Positions 38,890-48,790 of a stretch of DNA of 64,000 bases are shown piece after piece; the first letter of the stretch is position 1; the number at the start of each line of letters is the position of its first letter. The DNA is from an uncultured archaeon (GTDB lineage: Archaea > Asgardarchaeota > Heimdallarchaeia > Heimdallarchaeales > Kariarchaeaceae). The notes below the pieces were generated by a model. The model searched no databases. It saw only the letters and a program-made list of their open reading frames with translations, and was not told where the DNA came from. The stretch spans positions 1 through 64,000 of the forward strand of contig CAZYCQ010000001.1 in the NCBI GenBank assembly GCA_964645535.1, written 5' to 3'. The position numbers and the translations under genes were made by a program.

Positions 38890-38934
38890 GAATTTAAGAA
38901 AAGAATGTCTTATTGAAATTCTTTTTAAGTTCTC
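38888..38934 (+). terminator. Imperfect AT-rich hairpin immediately after sodN
   Basis: GAGAATTTAAGAAAAGAAT pairs with ATTCTTTTTAAGTTCTC; T-rich tract follows. Confidence 0.4.
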
Positions 38935-39041
38935 AAAGCCTATTTTTATCATGGAAATTTATAAAACATATATCTCTAAAATTTCAGACCAAGAAGAAAT
39001 ACCAACTAACCGTCAATTTCTTGCTCTGACCAAGCAGGAAA

Positions 39042-40913
39042 ATGAAGAGACCACATGGAGAAGGTTGGATAGACGAGAACGAGATGAGGAATTTCTGTTA
39101 CGGTTGGATTCCTCAACTTCAAGTTAAACGGTTGGCGGTTAAGATGCAAACCTCCATTGAAGCAGAAGCGAAGCTTCCACCACTTCTAGAAATGAGGTGG
39201 AAGTACTTGAAGACAGAAATGCACCGAATATGTGTCCATCATGAAAAGAAAGCTCTTATTAGAGCACTGCTTGCAGAAAGAGAACATCACACCACTGCAC
39301 CGACTCTTTCTGAAATCACAAAACTAACAGGGTTTGATGTTGCAATCCATACCATTGTAAATTGGGATTGGGAACCCAAGGGACAAGGGAATCTAGAAAT
39401 CGATGCAAAAATGATTGGGGATGTTGGAGCTGAGCTGATGGTTTTGCATGCCATCAGAGAATCAATTAAAAATCAGCTAATCAAGTTCGACGAAAATGAC
39501 TTGGAACTAACACCGCTAGGTTCAAGACATTTTGAAACTGTTAATTCTTTCAATGTGGACATAACGGGAAACAGGATTGATATAGCAAAAAAGAGGTTTA
39601 CGATTTCAAGAATGAATAAAACCCAGAGAGAGATGGATCCCGTCAACAAATTGAGGTCGGTAAGGAGACTTTATTGGGAAAATTCCATCATCATGCTCCT
39701 AAGGGCACCATTACCATTTTATAGGGCAATGAAATCCTTGACGCCAAAAGAGATTGATTTGACCATAGAACTCCTCAACAAGTTAACCGAAAAAGAGGAA
39801 AGCAATACAACTGGATTGAAAAAAGTACGTGTCCCCACGAAATCCACGATTTGCACTACTCTTCGGAAGTTGTCTCCAGAAAAAGGAGAGGACCGAAGAC
39901 CAAAGTTTGTAGCTTGCATCGAAGAAGAGGAAAATGAATCAAAGACTGAGTTTTCAATTGGAATTGGCGCACTAACCATGTTCGTCATGTTCCTCCAAGG
40001 GTTTAAGCGTGATCAACTTGATGAAAAAGCCAAACGGGCAGAATATGCAGTCAAAGATGTCATAGAGTTTTCAGATTATTGGGAAGTCGTTGAAACAAAC
40101 ACAGAAATCGTTGATGAGGGAGGAGAGACTGTAACCGAAATTGACATCATTGCTCGTTCCAAGAAGGATCCCGACCAATGGGTTCACTGCGAAGTTAAGG
40201 ATTTCAGTTACTGGAGAGGATGGATTTTTGGCAGGAATATCGAAATCAGAAGGCAATATTATGAAAAGGCTGTAGAAAAGTTGCCCATTAAGGAACAATA
40301 TATCAAAGAAAAATTTTCGTGCAAGAAAATAAAGTCATTTATTGTCACAAGCATCCCTGAAGCATTTGAGGAAATAAACGGGGTTCCATTGGTGTACCTG
40401 AGTGATCTCAGGGAAGTTCTTGCAAGCATAAATCACAGGCCATTTACTCCACGAAAAAGGTATTCCAGTCAAAATTTCCTGATACGGTACTTCAGAAGGT
40501 TGAAAAATGATTATGAAACCGCAAAAGAATCTGACAGCAAATTAAAGAAACTAGAAAAGAAGTATCGGGAACTGAAAAAAGAAGAAAACCAAATGAAAGA
40601 AAAATTTATCGAGAAAAAATCGCTTTTGGAAAAACACAATTCAACCTTGGCTACACTGAAAATGAGTCAAAAGTTTACCACGAAGAGACTGCTAAAAGAC
40701 GATGGATCAAAGCATTTCCAAATTGAAGAGGAACTTGCAAAGATCAAAAAGGACATCAAAAGAGTTCGAAGGGAGATGATCATTTGCCAAGAACGATATA
40801 AGGAAGTTGCTCTTGCCCTTAAAACAAAGCAAGCAGCCCTTAAGAAAATTAAAGAAGAAATTAACAGGCTAAAACAGAAAAAAGCAAGACTTCTTGCACC
40901 TAGAGGAATTTAA
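39042..40913 (+). CDS. PD-(D/E)XK (NERD/Mrr-like) nuclease-domain protein with C-terminal coiled coil
   Basis: AKRAE..TEIDIIAR..WVHCEVK motif; about 140 aa K/E-rich coiled coil at C-terminus. Confidence 0.7.
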   Translation: MKRPHGEGWIDENEMRNFCYGWIPQLQVKRLAVKMQTSIEAEAKLPPLLEMRWKYLKTEMHRICVHHEKKALIRALLAEREHHTTAPTLSEITKLTGFDVAIHTIVNWDWEPKGQGNLEIDAKMIGDVGAELMVLHAIRESIKNQLIKFDENDLELTPLGSRHFETVNSFNVDITGNRIDIAKKRFTISRMNKTQREMDPVNKLRSVRRLYWENSIIMLLRAPLPFYRAMKSLTPKEIDLTIELLNKLTEKEESNTTGLKKVRVPTKSTICTTLRKLSPEKGEDRRPKFVACIEEEENESKTEFSIGIGALTMFVMFLQGFKRDQLDEKAKRAEYAVKDVIEFSDYWEVVETNTEIVDEGGETVTEIDIIARSKKDPDQWVHCEVKDFSYWRGWIFGRNIEIRRQYYEKAVEKLPIKEQYIKEKFSCKKIKSFIVTSIPEAFEEINGVPLVYLSDLREVLASINHRPFTPRKRYSSQNFLIRYFRRLKNDYETAKESDSKLKKLEKKYRELKKEENQMKEKFIEKKSLLEKHNSTLATLKMSQKFTTKRLLKDDGSKHFQIEEELAKIKKDIKRVRREMIICQERYKEVALALKTKQAALKKIKEEINRLKQKKARLLAPRGI

Positions 40914-40951
40914 ACCAAAAGAAATTAAGAAAGAGAGCTCAATTTAGATTA

Positions 40952-41593
40952 ATGAATAAGGAGAAGACTACAGAAGTTATTGAGAAATTAAAGAAAGCAT
41001 ACCCCAATTCCAAAGTTTCTCTTGATTTCAATAATGCCTACGAATTGTTGGTTGCCACCATTCTTTCTGCTCAAACTACGGACAAAGCAGTGAACAAGGT
41101 TACCCCTGATTTATTTAGCAAGTTTCCCAATATTGAGGCATTGGCAGAGGCAGAAGTTGAAGAAGTAGCCCAAATTATCCGTACTCTTGGCTTTTACAAG
41201 ACAAAGGCAAAGAATCTGGTAAAAATGGCCAGAAAGGTTGTAGAAGAATTCAATGGAGAAATTCCTAGAAACATGGAGGATTTGACAAGCTTGCCAGGAG
41301 TCGGCAGAAAAACAGCCAATGTTGTTTTGGGAAATGCATTTGGGATTCCCGATTCGGGAATTACGGTTGATACGCATGTCAAACGGATAACTCGTAGACT
41401 TGGATGGACCAAGGAAGAAAAACCAGAGAAAATAGAAAAAGATCTAATGAAAATCATCCCCGTCAAATATTGGGTTGAATTTACACCCTTGATTATTGAT
41501 CATGGGAGGGCAATTTGTAGAGCACGAAAACCCATGTGTGAAAAATGCCCAATTGAGGAAGATTGCCCCAGTTCAACAATCCGCCAAGTATAG
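40952..41593 (+). CDS. nth: Endonuclease III
   Basis: LLVATILSAQTTD, LPGVGRKTANVV HhH, VDTHV, CRARKPMCEKCPIEEDC Fe-S motif. Confidence 0.97.
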   Translation: MNKEKTTEVIEKLKKAYPNSKVSLDFNNAYELLVATILSAQTTDKAVNKVTPDLFSKFPNIEALAEAEVEEVAQIIRTLGFYKTKAKNLVKMARKVVEEFNGEIPRNMEDLTSLPGVGRKTANVVLGNAFGIPDSGITVDTHVKRITRRLGWTKEEKPEKIEKDLMKIIPVKYWVEFTPLIIDHGRAICRARKPMCEKCPIEEDCPSSTIRQV

Positions 41594-41767
41594 GGAGTAA
41601 GAAAAATGCAATTTAATCAAGCTTAAACTTTGATTTAACATTGGATTTTTTATCAAACAGCGGTTTAGAATATTGAACATCTTCATTGTGTCAGTCTAAG
41701 CACATTTAAAACAGTCTGAACGAACAAGAACTTAGTTAGCAAAAACCACTTCACAGGGAGTCATGAA

Positions 41768-42781
41768 ATGGCAGAAAACAAAGCAATGGACAAGGAAGAT
41801 ATTCTCATAGTTGACGACCTTCACACATATTTCTTTACAGAAGACGGTGTGGTTAAGGCAGTCGATGGTGTAACCTTTACAGTAAAAAGAGGGGAAGTAT
41901 TAGGTCTTGTAGGTGAATCAGGGTCTGGTAAATCAGTCACTGCAATGTCGATCTTGAGATTAATCCCTCAACCGCCCGGAAAAATAATTAGTGGTGACGT
42001 GATTTGGAAGGGACAGTCAATCCTCAATATCCCAGAAACAGAAATGCGGGCCATTAGAGGTAACCAGATAGCGGTCGTTTTCCAAGATCCGATGACATCT
42101 CTCAATCCAGTCCTCACCATCGGAGATCAAATCAAGGAAGCCATCAAGCTTCATCAACAGGTTAGCGACATCGAGGCAGAAGAGAAGACACGAACCCTGT
42201 TGGAACTCGTGGGAATTCCAGATGCAGGAAAACGTCTCAAGGACTATCCTTGGCAATTTTCAGGAGGCATGAGACAAAGGGTAATGATCGCTCTAGCCTT
42301 GTCATGCAATCCTGATCTTCTTATTGCAGATGAGCCAACAACTGCATTGGATGTGACCATTCAGGCTCAGGTTCTTGATTTGATGCGAGATCTGAAGACC
42401 AGATTCCAGACTTCAATCATCTTGATCACTCACGACATCGGAGTAATTGCAGAAATGTGTGACCGGGTAGCGGTCATGTATGCAGGAAACATTGTCGAAT
42501 TGGCAGACGTGATTACGATCTTTAAGGAACCAAAACACCCCTACACTAAAGCATTGTTGAAGGCTATTCCTTCAGCTTCTGCAAGTAGGGAAGAAGAGCT
42601 GTATGCCATCCCAGGAACAATTCCCAATCTAATTAACCCGCCATCGGGTTGCAGATTCCATCCCAGATGTGCAGAAGCAAGACCTGAATGCTCGGAAATT
42701 GTACCTGAGACCATTGAACTTGAACCTGGGCATTTTGTTAGATGTCTTCTTTATACCGGACAGATTGAGATAACCAAATAG
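41768..42781 (+). CDS. oppD: Oligopeptide ABC transporter ATPase (OppD/DppD)
   Basis: [50 protein letters not shown]. Confidence 0.93.
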   Translation: MAENKAMDKEDILIVDDLHTYFFTEDGVVKAVDGVTFTVKRGEVLGLVGESGSGKSVTAMSILRLIPQPPGKIISGDVIWKGQSILNIPETEMRAIRGNQIAVVFQDPMTSLNPVLTIGDQIKEAIKLHQQVSDIEAEEKTRTLLELVGIPDAGKRLKDYPWQFSGGMRQRVMIALALSCNPDLLIADEPTTALDVTIQAQVLDLMRDLKTRFQTSIILITHDIGVIAEMCDRVAVMYAGNIVELADVITIFKEPKHPYTKALLKAIPSASASREEELYAIPGTIPNLINPPSGCRFHPRCAEARPECSEIVPETIELEPGHFVRCLLYTGQIEITK

Positions 42782-42861
42782 TGCATTGTCATCATACGAA
42801 GGTTCGAACTAACAACATTATTAAAAAGGTCTGAGTTATTCAAGGAAATGAGGTTAGCAAC

Positions 42862-43968
42862 TTGTCTTCTACAAAGGCTGAATTAGAATCTTCGGTTGAA
42901 GGTAAAACAGGAAATGGACCAAGCAATGATCCCGATGTGGTGTTGGAAGTTATTAATCTTAGAAAATACTTCCCACTTGAAGCAGGTTATCTTTTCAAAA
43001 GAAAGGTAGCCGATATTAAGGCTGTTGATGGAGTTTCTTTCAAACTCAGAAAAGGGGAAACTCTTGGACTAGTGGGAGAATCCGGTTGTGGGAAGTCAAC
43101 TATAGCAAAAACATTGACCTTCCTTCACAAACCAACTTCCGGGGAAATTTGGTTCAAAGGGAGAGATCTAAGACTGCTTTCTAGGAAGGAACTGAGGGAA
43201 GTTGCAAGAGATTTGACCATGGTTTTTCAGGATCCGGCTGCTTCATTGGATCCACGGTTTACAGTGATGCAATCGATCTTGGAGCCATTGGAAATCCATA
43301 ATCTGGTTGATGAAAGCGAAAAATATGGGATCGTAAGAGACCTATTGCTAAGGGTGGGACTGTCTCCCCACCATGCCTATCGATATCCTCATGAACTTTC
43401 AGGAGGTCAACAACAGAGAGTTGGTATTGCACGTGCATTGACCCTCCAACCACAGGTGATTATTCTTGACGAACCAGTAAGTGCTCTTGACGTTTCGGTG
43501 CGAGCATCTATCATCAACCTGCTCATTCAATTGCAGGATGATTTCAAGTTCTCGTACATTTTCATTGCACATGACCTGTCAGTTGTTCGAAAAATTTCGC
43601 ATAGAGTTGCAGTCATGTATCTAGGAAAATTGATGGAATATGGGGAAGTGGAAAATGTCTATGATGACCCAATGCATCCATACACTCAAGCATTGATGTC
43701 AGCGGTTCCGATTCCGGATCCAACTGTAAAGAAAGAGAGAATCCATCTAAAAGGAGAAGTTCCAACACCCATTAATCCACCAGTAGGATGTAGGTTCTGT
43801 ACACGCTGTAGATATGTAAGACAAAAGTGCTTCCTTGAGGAACCGGAACTCCGGGAGTTTGACAATGGCCATCTTGTGGCATGTCATTTCGCTGAAGAAA
43901 TCAAAGCAGGAACCCATAAATTGGCTGACGAATTGGCAGATGCCGAAATTGCCGATCAACAAAAATAA
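42862..43968 (+). CDS. oppF: Oligopeptide ABC transporter ATPase (OppF/DppF)
   Basis: KAVDGVSF, GESGCGKST, YPHELSGGQQQR, DEPVSALD, HPYTQAL, GCRFCTRC, VACH. TTG start. Confidence 0.93.
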   Translation: MSSTKAELESSVEGKTGNGPSNDPDVVLEVINLRKYFPLEAGYLFKRKVADIKAVDGVSFKLRKGETLGLVGESGCGKSTIAKTLTFLHKPTSGEIWFKGRDLRLLSRKELREVARDLTMVFQDPAASLDPRFTVMQSILEPLEIHNLVDESEKYGIVRDLLLRVGLSPHHAYRYPHELSGGQQQRVGIARALTLQPQVIILDEPVSALDVSVRASIINLLIQLQDDFKFSYIFIAHDLSVVRKISHRVAVMYLGKLMEYGEVENVYDDPMHPYTQALMSAVPIPDPTVKKERIHLKGEVPTPINPPVGCRFCTRCRYVRQKCFLEEPELREFDNGHLVACHFAEEIKAGTHKLADELADAEIADQQK

Positions 43969-43994
43969 GAAACGCCATATTGACATACAATTGT

Positions 43995-44333
43995 ATGGAT
44001 TTAAGAGAAATACAAAAAAAACAAAAGGAATTTATCCTTTCTCGAAGATGGGATCGATTTTCTGCAACCCAAGTTTTCAGTCATCTGATTGAGGAGCTCG
44101 GAGAAGTAGTCAAATTCTTTCTCTATGAAGAAGGTTATAAGGTCAAAGGAGCAGGCCATGAAGGGATAAATAGGGAAAACATGGGCTCTGAATTCGCCCA
44201 AGCGTTCAATCTTTTCCTTCAATTAGCGATTGCAGCAAACATTGATCTTGAAGAGGTATGGAAAAAAGAAATGAAAAAAATGGAACAACGTTTTTCAGAA
44301 CAGGTTTGGAAAGATCTTGCAGAAAAGACCTAG
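43995..44333 (+). CDS. MazG-like nucleotide pyrophosphohydrolase
   Basis: HLIEELGEV, EFAQ..LAIAANIDLEE..KM..RF; start at ATG 43995. Confidence 0.8.
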   Translation: MDLREIQKKQKEFILSRRWDRFSATQVFSHLIEELGEVVKFFLYEEGYKVKGAGHEGINRENMGSEFAQAFNLFLQLAIAANIDLEEVWKKEMKKMEQRFSEQVWKDLAEKT

Positions 44334-44935
44334 GAAATCATCTTCAAAAAGTATTGATGAATGCCTGTATTGCCAGAAAGTTCTGGGTGAAATGTTGATG
44401 CGAGGATTTTTTCTTTTTGCACAATAACGGGATGGCCATCAAAACTTGCAAGAACATCCAACTCCTCTCCTATCTCCTCAATGATTGGCGCACGGATGAA
44501 AATAGCATCTAAATCCGTTTCTATTTTTGAGATATGCAGTGGAACGGAAAAAGAATCTTTTTGCCGGCCGTAGCCATTTCGTAAAATGGTCATATCAAGG
44601 ACAGGAAAGGCACCTTCCTTGATTTCACTTTCAGCATTCCGTTTGACCCGCTTTGCCAAAAGGATTGCACCTGCGCAAGTGCCAAAGGCAGGAAATCCAT
44701 TTGCAAGGAGATCCCTTAGTGCTGGGAGCAACCCCGATTTTGAGCCCTGCTTGATCATGGCGGTACTTTCGCCCCCTGGCATTATTATCCCGTCTAAACC
44801 ATCAAGATCTTCAGGAAGCAGAACCTGGCGAATTTCGATATTTATTCCGAGGTTCTTCCCAGCTTCTTTGACAGTAGCTTCATGTTCTTCGATGGCTCCT
44901 TGGAGCCCAAGTAAACCAATAGTTCGATCCTTCAC
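44330..44935 (-). CDS. pdxT: PLP synthase glutaminase subunit
   Basis: LQGAIEEH, PGGEST, GTCAG, RNGYGRQ, FIRAP, FHPEL. Confidence 0.97.
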   Translation of the reverse strand: MKDRTIGLLGLQGAIEEHEATVKEAGKNLGINIEIRQVLLPEDLDGLDGIIMPGGESTAMIKQGSKSGLLPALRDLLANGFPAFGTCAGAILLAKRVKRNAESEIKEGAFPVLDMTILRNGYGRQKDSFSVPLHISKIETDLDAIFIRAPIIEEIGEELDVLASFDGHPVIVQKEKILASTFHPELSGNTGIHQYFLKMIS

Positions 44936-45877
44936 TTAGAGATTTGCACCCCTGAGCTGTAATTTCTTGTCTTCATCCAGATTTGAAACATCAAGCCCAG
45001 GCATAGAAGCCCTTTCACTCACCATGCTTTGAGCTTCTGCAACTTTTTCTGGGTTTTCCCAGTGAGTGACAGCCATCACTATTGCTTCAGCTCTTGCTTC
45101 AGGATCTTCGGATTTGTAGATCCCAGATCCGACAAACACCCCATCACACTTCATCTGCATCATCATTGCTGCGTCAGCTGGTGTAGCGATCCCACCTGCT
45201 GCAAAATTCACCACAGGCAATCGTCCAAGTTCTGCTACTTTGAGGACAGTCTCATAGGACACACGCATTTCTCTTGCCAAGATCATCAGTTCTTGTGGAT
45301 TGTCTTTTGCGGCAACCACTTGACGAATTCCGTTGTTTACCATTCTCATGTGACGGATTGCTTCGGCTACATTTCCAGTACCCGCCTCCCCTTTTGTTCG
45401 GATCATGGCACTTCCTTCCTCAATACGGCGAAGCGCCTCTCCAAGGTCTCTGCATCCATTCACGAACGGGACCGTGAAATCCCATTTCCATACGTGGGAG
45501 GCCTCATTTGCGGGAGTGAGGACTTCAGATTCATCGATCATGTCAACGCCGATCTCTTCAAGAAGACGTGCTTCCATTGTATGACCAATCCTGCATTTTG
45601 CCATAATAGGTATGCTGACAGTTTCCATTGTTTCTTTTATTGCCTGTATGGTTGCCATACGAGCAACACCTCCTCTAGCTCGGATATCGGCAGGCAACTT
45701 GTCGAGAACCATTACTGCAACTGCACCAGCATCCTCTGCAATGCCTGCCTGAGTGGGATTGGTCACATCCATTACAACTCCGTGCTTGACCATTTTGGCA
45801 AATCCACGTTTAAGGTTAGTGGAACCAAGCGTAATTTCGACATCCCCATATTCCCTGAGGATCTTTCTGTCTTTCAT
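44936..45877 (-). CDS. pdxS: PLP synthase lyase subunit
   Basis: [66 protein letters not shown]. Confidence 0.98.
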   Translation of the reverse strand: MKDRKILREYGDVEITLGSTNLKRGFAKMVKHGVVMDVTNPTQAGIAEDAGAVAVMVLDKLPADIRARGGVARMATIQAIKETMETVSIPIMAKCRIGHTMEARLLEEIGVDMIDESEVLTPANEASHVWKWDFTVPFVNGCRDLGEALRRIEEGSAMIRTKGEAGTGNVAEAIRHMRMVNNGIRQVVAAKDNPQELMILAREMRVSYETVLKVAELGRLPVVNFAAGGIATPADAAMMMQMKCDGVFVGSGIYKSEDPEARAEAIVMAVTHWENPEKVAEAQSMVSERASMPGLDVSNLDEDKKLQLRGANL

Positions 45878-45946
45878 AGGATGGCTTCTGTTAATATTAT
45901 TTAATTCCTTTTACTTTGAGAAATCAAAATTCAGCCCAGACATTTT

Positions 45947-46402
45947 CTAATCCAAATCTTTAGTCCGAACCATATGCTCTTTGGCTATTTCTGTCTCATA
46001 AGCAGCAATTGTGAAGAAACCTCCTATTACGAACCCTATATTGAACAAGGGAACTTGGAATCCTTTTGGTTGGAGAATGATGCCAAGTAAAGTAAGGATA
46101 ATGAAAATCAAGGCAAACCGAAACAAGAAGGAAGGGGCAATTTCGTGAATGTCCCAAACTTTGTTGATATACGGTCGTATCAAAATACCAATCCCAATGA
46201 GAATGCCTACAATTATCCCGATAAAAAGCCATATAGTAATTGTTCGAAACAGCGCCAGAGTCGCGGTAGGTGATGGATTCAGAAGAAAAACTAGTAGGTA
46301 CGTGAATAACACCATGCCAAATTGAATCACGAGGACTATGCGGAAGAAACGTGCATATTCAATTCTATTTTTTTCAAAGAATGTATTGAGCGCCTGCATC
46401 AA
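45947..46402 (-). CDS. Four-TM membrane protein, unknown function
   Basis: Four hydrophobic helices; co-directional with its neighbours. Confidence 0.6.
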   Translation of the reverse strand: MMQALNTFFEKNRIEYARFFRIVLVIQFGMVLFTYLLVFLLNPSPTATLALFRTITIWLFIGIIVGILIGIGILIRPYINKVWDIHEIAPSFLFRFALIFIILTLLGIILQPKGFQVPLFNIGFVIGGFFTIAAYETEIAKEHMVRTKDLD

Positions 46403-46406
46403 AATC

Positions 46407-47561
46407 TCACTGATCAGATTTTACAAGTTTTTTGAGAATTGCAAGAAATATCCAAGCAATCAGTATATTCCAAATGAAGGAGGTCCAAATCTCTGTGAAA
46501 TAAACTGGGAAGAGTTCCAAGGCCACAAATGTTCCGCCAGGATAGGAAAGGTCTTGAATTGGTTTCAACCCGAAGAAAAAGAAAAGAACTACGAAAATTG
46601 AGGGAGCAAGAAGTATCATGTCGTAATCTCCTTCTCTCCATGCTAGAGTATCCTTTTTTGATGCAATCATCCTTAGAAGTATTCCCATGTTAAAGAAAAG
46701 AGTGGAAAGAACCGATGCAAAGAAGACATTTGCCGGAGATATCATCACAGACCCCATAGAACCTTCTGTGAACAGATCATATAGTGGTTCCAAGTAAGTT
46801 GGAGAAGAAAGGTCAGAAAGCAAAGAATGATCCAATCGATGGACAAACAAGAGAGCAGGTACCAAGGTTGAAAGGAAACCCAATATTACAAGTGCAGTTC
46901 CAAGGAAGGAAAGCTTTGAAGCAACATCACTACTGTATATATCCTTAGAACGAATTCTCAAGAAGAGAAAGAACATAAGTAAAATAGCAATCAGGGATAA
47001 GATTAAATCAGCTAAAGGTAGAGGACCTCCAAAAAGCATTATTTTGATCCCGCCAATGGTTCCACCAATGCCTAGATCTACATCGATTGCCCAGTAATCT
47101 GGTGCAACAACTCTTCCAAAATGTCCAAGTGTCATCACGAAAATCGTGAAAGCAATGGTGTGAATCATCAAAATTGTACTCCATGATGTAATTTGGGAGA
47201 ATTTGGTGACTAGCATACCTGTCAACAGGGTTGTGAGGATCAATGTACCTAGATAGGTTTCGAACAAAGCAATTGAAGGAGAACCAAAGTTATTGGTTAA
47301 TCCCAACCCCGCTGCCAATGTTACCAGCAATGTTGATGTAGCATTTTTCGTGTAACCCACAACAATGAAAATTACAGCTAAAGTAAATACCAAAGTTGAA
47401 GGGGCAACATCAAAGCCAAAAATGTTTTTTAGATCAAACCAAGTTACATTGAATGATCCTGTCACAAAAACAAGAACCATTCCAACTATAGTAAGGAGTA
47501 AGTTGTCTCGTCTAAGGGCGAAATCCACATCCCTAAAACGAACTCTGTTTACAGCGCTCAT
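46407..47561 (-). CDS. Polytopic membrane protein (about 10 TM), unknown function
   Basis: 384 aa, almost entirely hydrophobic helices. Confidence 0.65.
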   Translation of the reverse strand: MSAVNRVRFRDVDFALRRDNLLLTIVGMVLVFVTGSFNVTWFDLKNIFGFDVAPSTLVFTLAVIFIVVGYTKNATSTLLVTLAAGLGLTNNFGSPSIALFETYLGTLILTTLLTGMLVTKFSQITSWSTILMIHTIAFTIFVMTLGHFGRVVAPDYWAIDVDLGIGGTIGGIKIMLFGGPLPLADLILSLIAILLMFFLFLRIRSKDIYSSDVASKLSFLGTALVILGFLSTLVPALLFVHRLDHSLLSDLSSPTYLEPLYDLFTEGSMGSVMISPANVFFASVLSTLFFNMGILLRMIASKKDTLAWREGDYDMILLAPSIFVVLFFFFGLKPIQDLSYPGGTFVALELFPVYFTEIWTSFIWNILIAWIFLAILKKLVKSDQ

Positions 47562-47676
47562 ACAATTGTGAGAGCCAGATTAATATATTAACTCTTTTCA
47601 GAGGTCACGGCGCACACAAGGAAATATTCCATGGAATTTTGATTGCTGTTTTTATCTGAAGAGAAAATGAACCAAT

Positions 47677-48246
47677 ATGGAAACAATAAAGTTGATTACA
47701 TCAAACGTCCATAAATTCGAGGAAATTCAGGTAAGATTTTCTGATCTTGGCATCAATCTTGAACATATTCAATTTCCCTATCCGGAAGCTCAAGCAGAAA
47801 CCATCAGAGACATCGCCATCCAAAGTGCCGCGACAATTTTAACCTATATTCAACCCCCTTTTCTGATAGAGGATTCAGGAATTGCGATCGAACAGTTGAA
47901 GGGATTTCCAGGTCCTTACAGTTCATTTGTTTTTAAAACGGTAGGTTGGAAGGGAATTTTGAAATTGATGAGAGACGAAAAAAATAGAAAGGCGAGATTC
48001 ATCTCGGTAATTGTTTTCATTGATTCTTTTCGCCAGATGCATGTGTTTGAAGGAATTCAGGAAGGGCATATTGCAGAAGAAGGGCGTGGCAACAAAGGAT
48101 TTGGATTTGATCCTATCTTCATTCCCGAAGGATCAAAACTGACCTTTGCAGAAATGGATATCCAAACAAAGAATGAATACTCACACAGAGGAAAATCCTC
48201 AGGACAACTATACCACTTCTTGGCAGAAAAACAAATGAAAGGATAG
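47677..48246 (+). CDS. rdgB: Non-canonical purine NTP pyrophosphatase (Ham1/ITPase)
   Basis: TSNVHKFEE, EDSG, GFPGPYS, GFGFDPIF, SHRG. Confidence 0.95.
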   Translation: METIKLITSNVHKFEEIQVRFSDLGINLEHIQFPYPEAQAETIRDIAIQSAATILTYIQPPFLIEDSGIAIEQLKGFPGPYSSFVFKTVGWKGILKLMRDEKNRKARFISVIVFIDSFRQMHVFEGIQEGHIAEEGRGNKGFGFDPIFIPEGSKLTFAEMDIQTKNEYSHRGKSSGQLYHFLAEKQMKG

Positions 48247-48342
48247 TTCAACAAATGTAAGTAAAATGGGAAATGTGGATTTGATGCAATAATTCTTGGA
48301 GAATCAAGAAGGCTTTTATCTCAGAATATAGCAAGGAAAGAT

Positions 48343-48741
48343 ATGGGAACATTTGGAACAGTACTAGGTTCAATACTTGGAGTTGGAGGCCTTGTAGTTG
48401 TTATCTATGCAACAGCAGTCCTTACATCCGGCTTTTTACCATTCCTATGGTTCGGTCTTTTTGGATTTATAGGAGGAGCCGCTTTAGGCGCACTGAATTC
48501 AAGAAAAGCTAAAACTCAGGCAAAATACAAGAATGAATATGTGTTCTATGCATCCTCTGCTTTTGTAGCAACAATTGCCTTATTGATCTATTATTTGGTG
48601 TTTGCACTTGACAAAGTCAGGGAAAAGGCAGCAGACCCCTCAACATTTCCTGCTGAAATGTTGGTATCTACCGCGGCAGGGGCAGCCATTGCCATGATGA
48701 TTGGGTTCGGATTGGTGATTGCAAACTCAATCGCGGACTAA
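48343..48741 (+). CDS. Small four-TM membrane protein
   Basis: Four Gly/Ala-rich hydrophobic helices. Confidence 0.6.
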   Translation: MGTFGTVLGSILGVGGLVVVIYATAVLTSGFLPFLWFGLFGFIGGAALGALNSRKAKTQAKYKNEYVFYASSAFVATIALLIYYLVFALDKVREKAADPSTFPAEMLVSTAAGAAIAMMIGFGLVIANSIAD

Positions 48742-48790
48742 ACTCAACAAAAGGTTTTTAGGAAATTCTAGATCAAATTCAAACAATCCT

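Noticed and set aside
45029-45904. 291 aa plus-strand ORF
   Set aside because: Antisense shadow of pdxS, with His/Cys/Phe-rich composition typical of reverse-frame reading.
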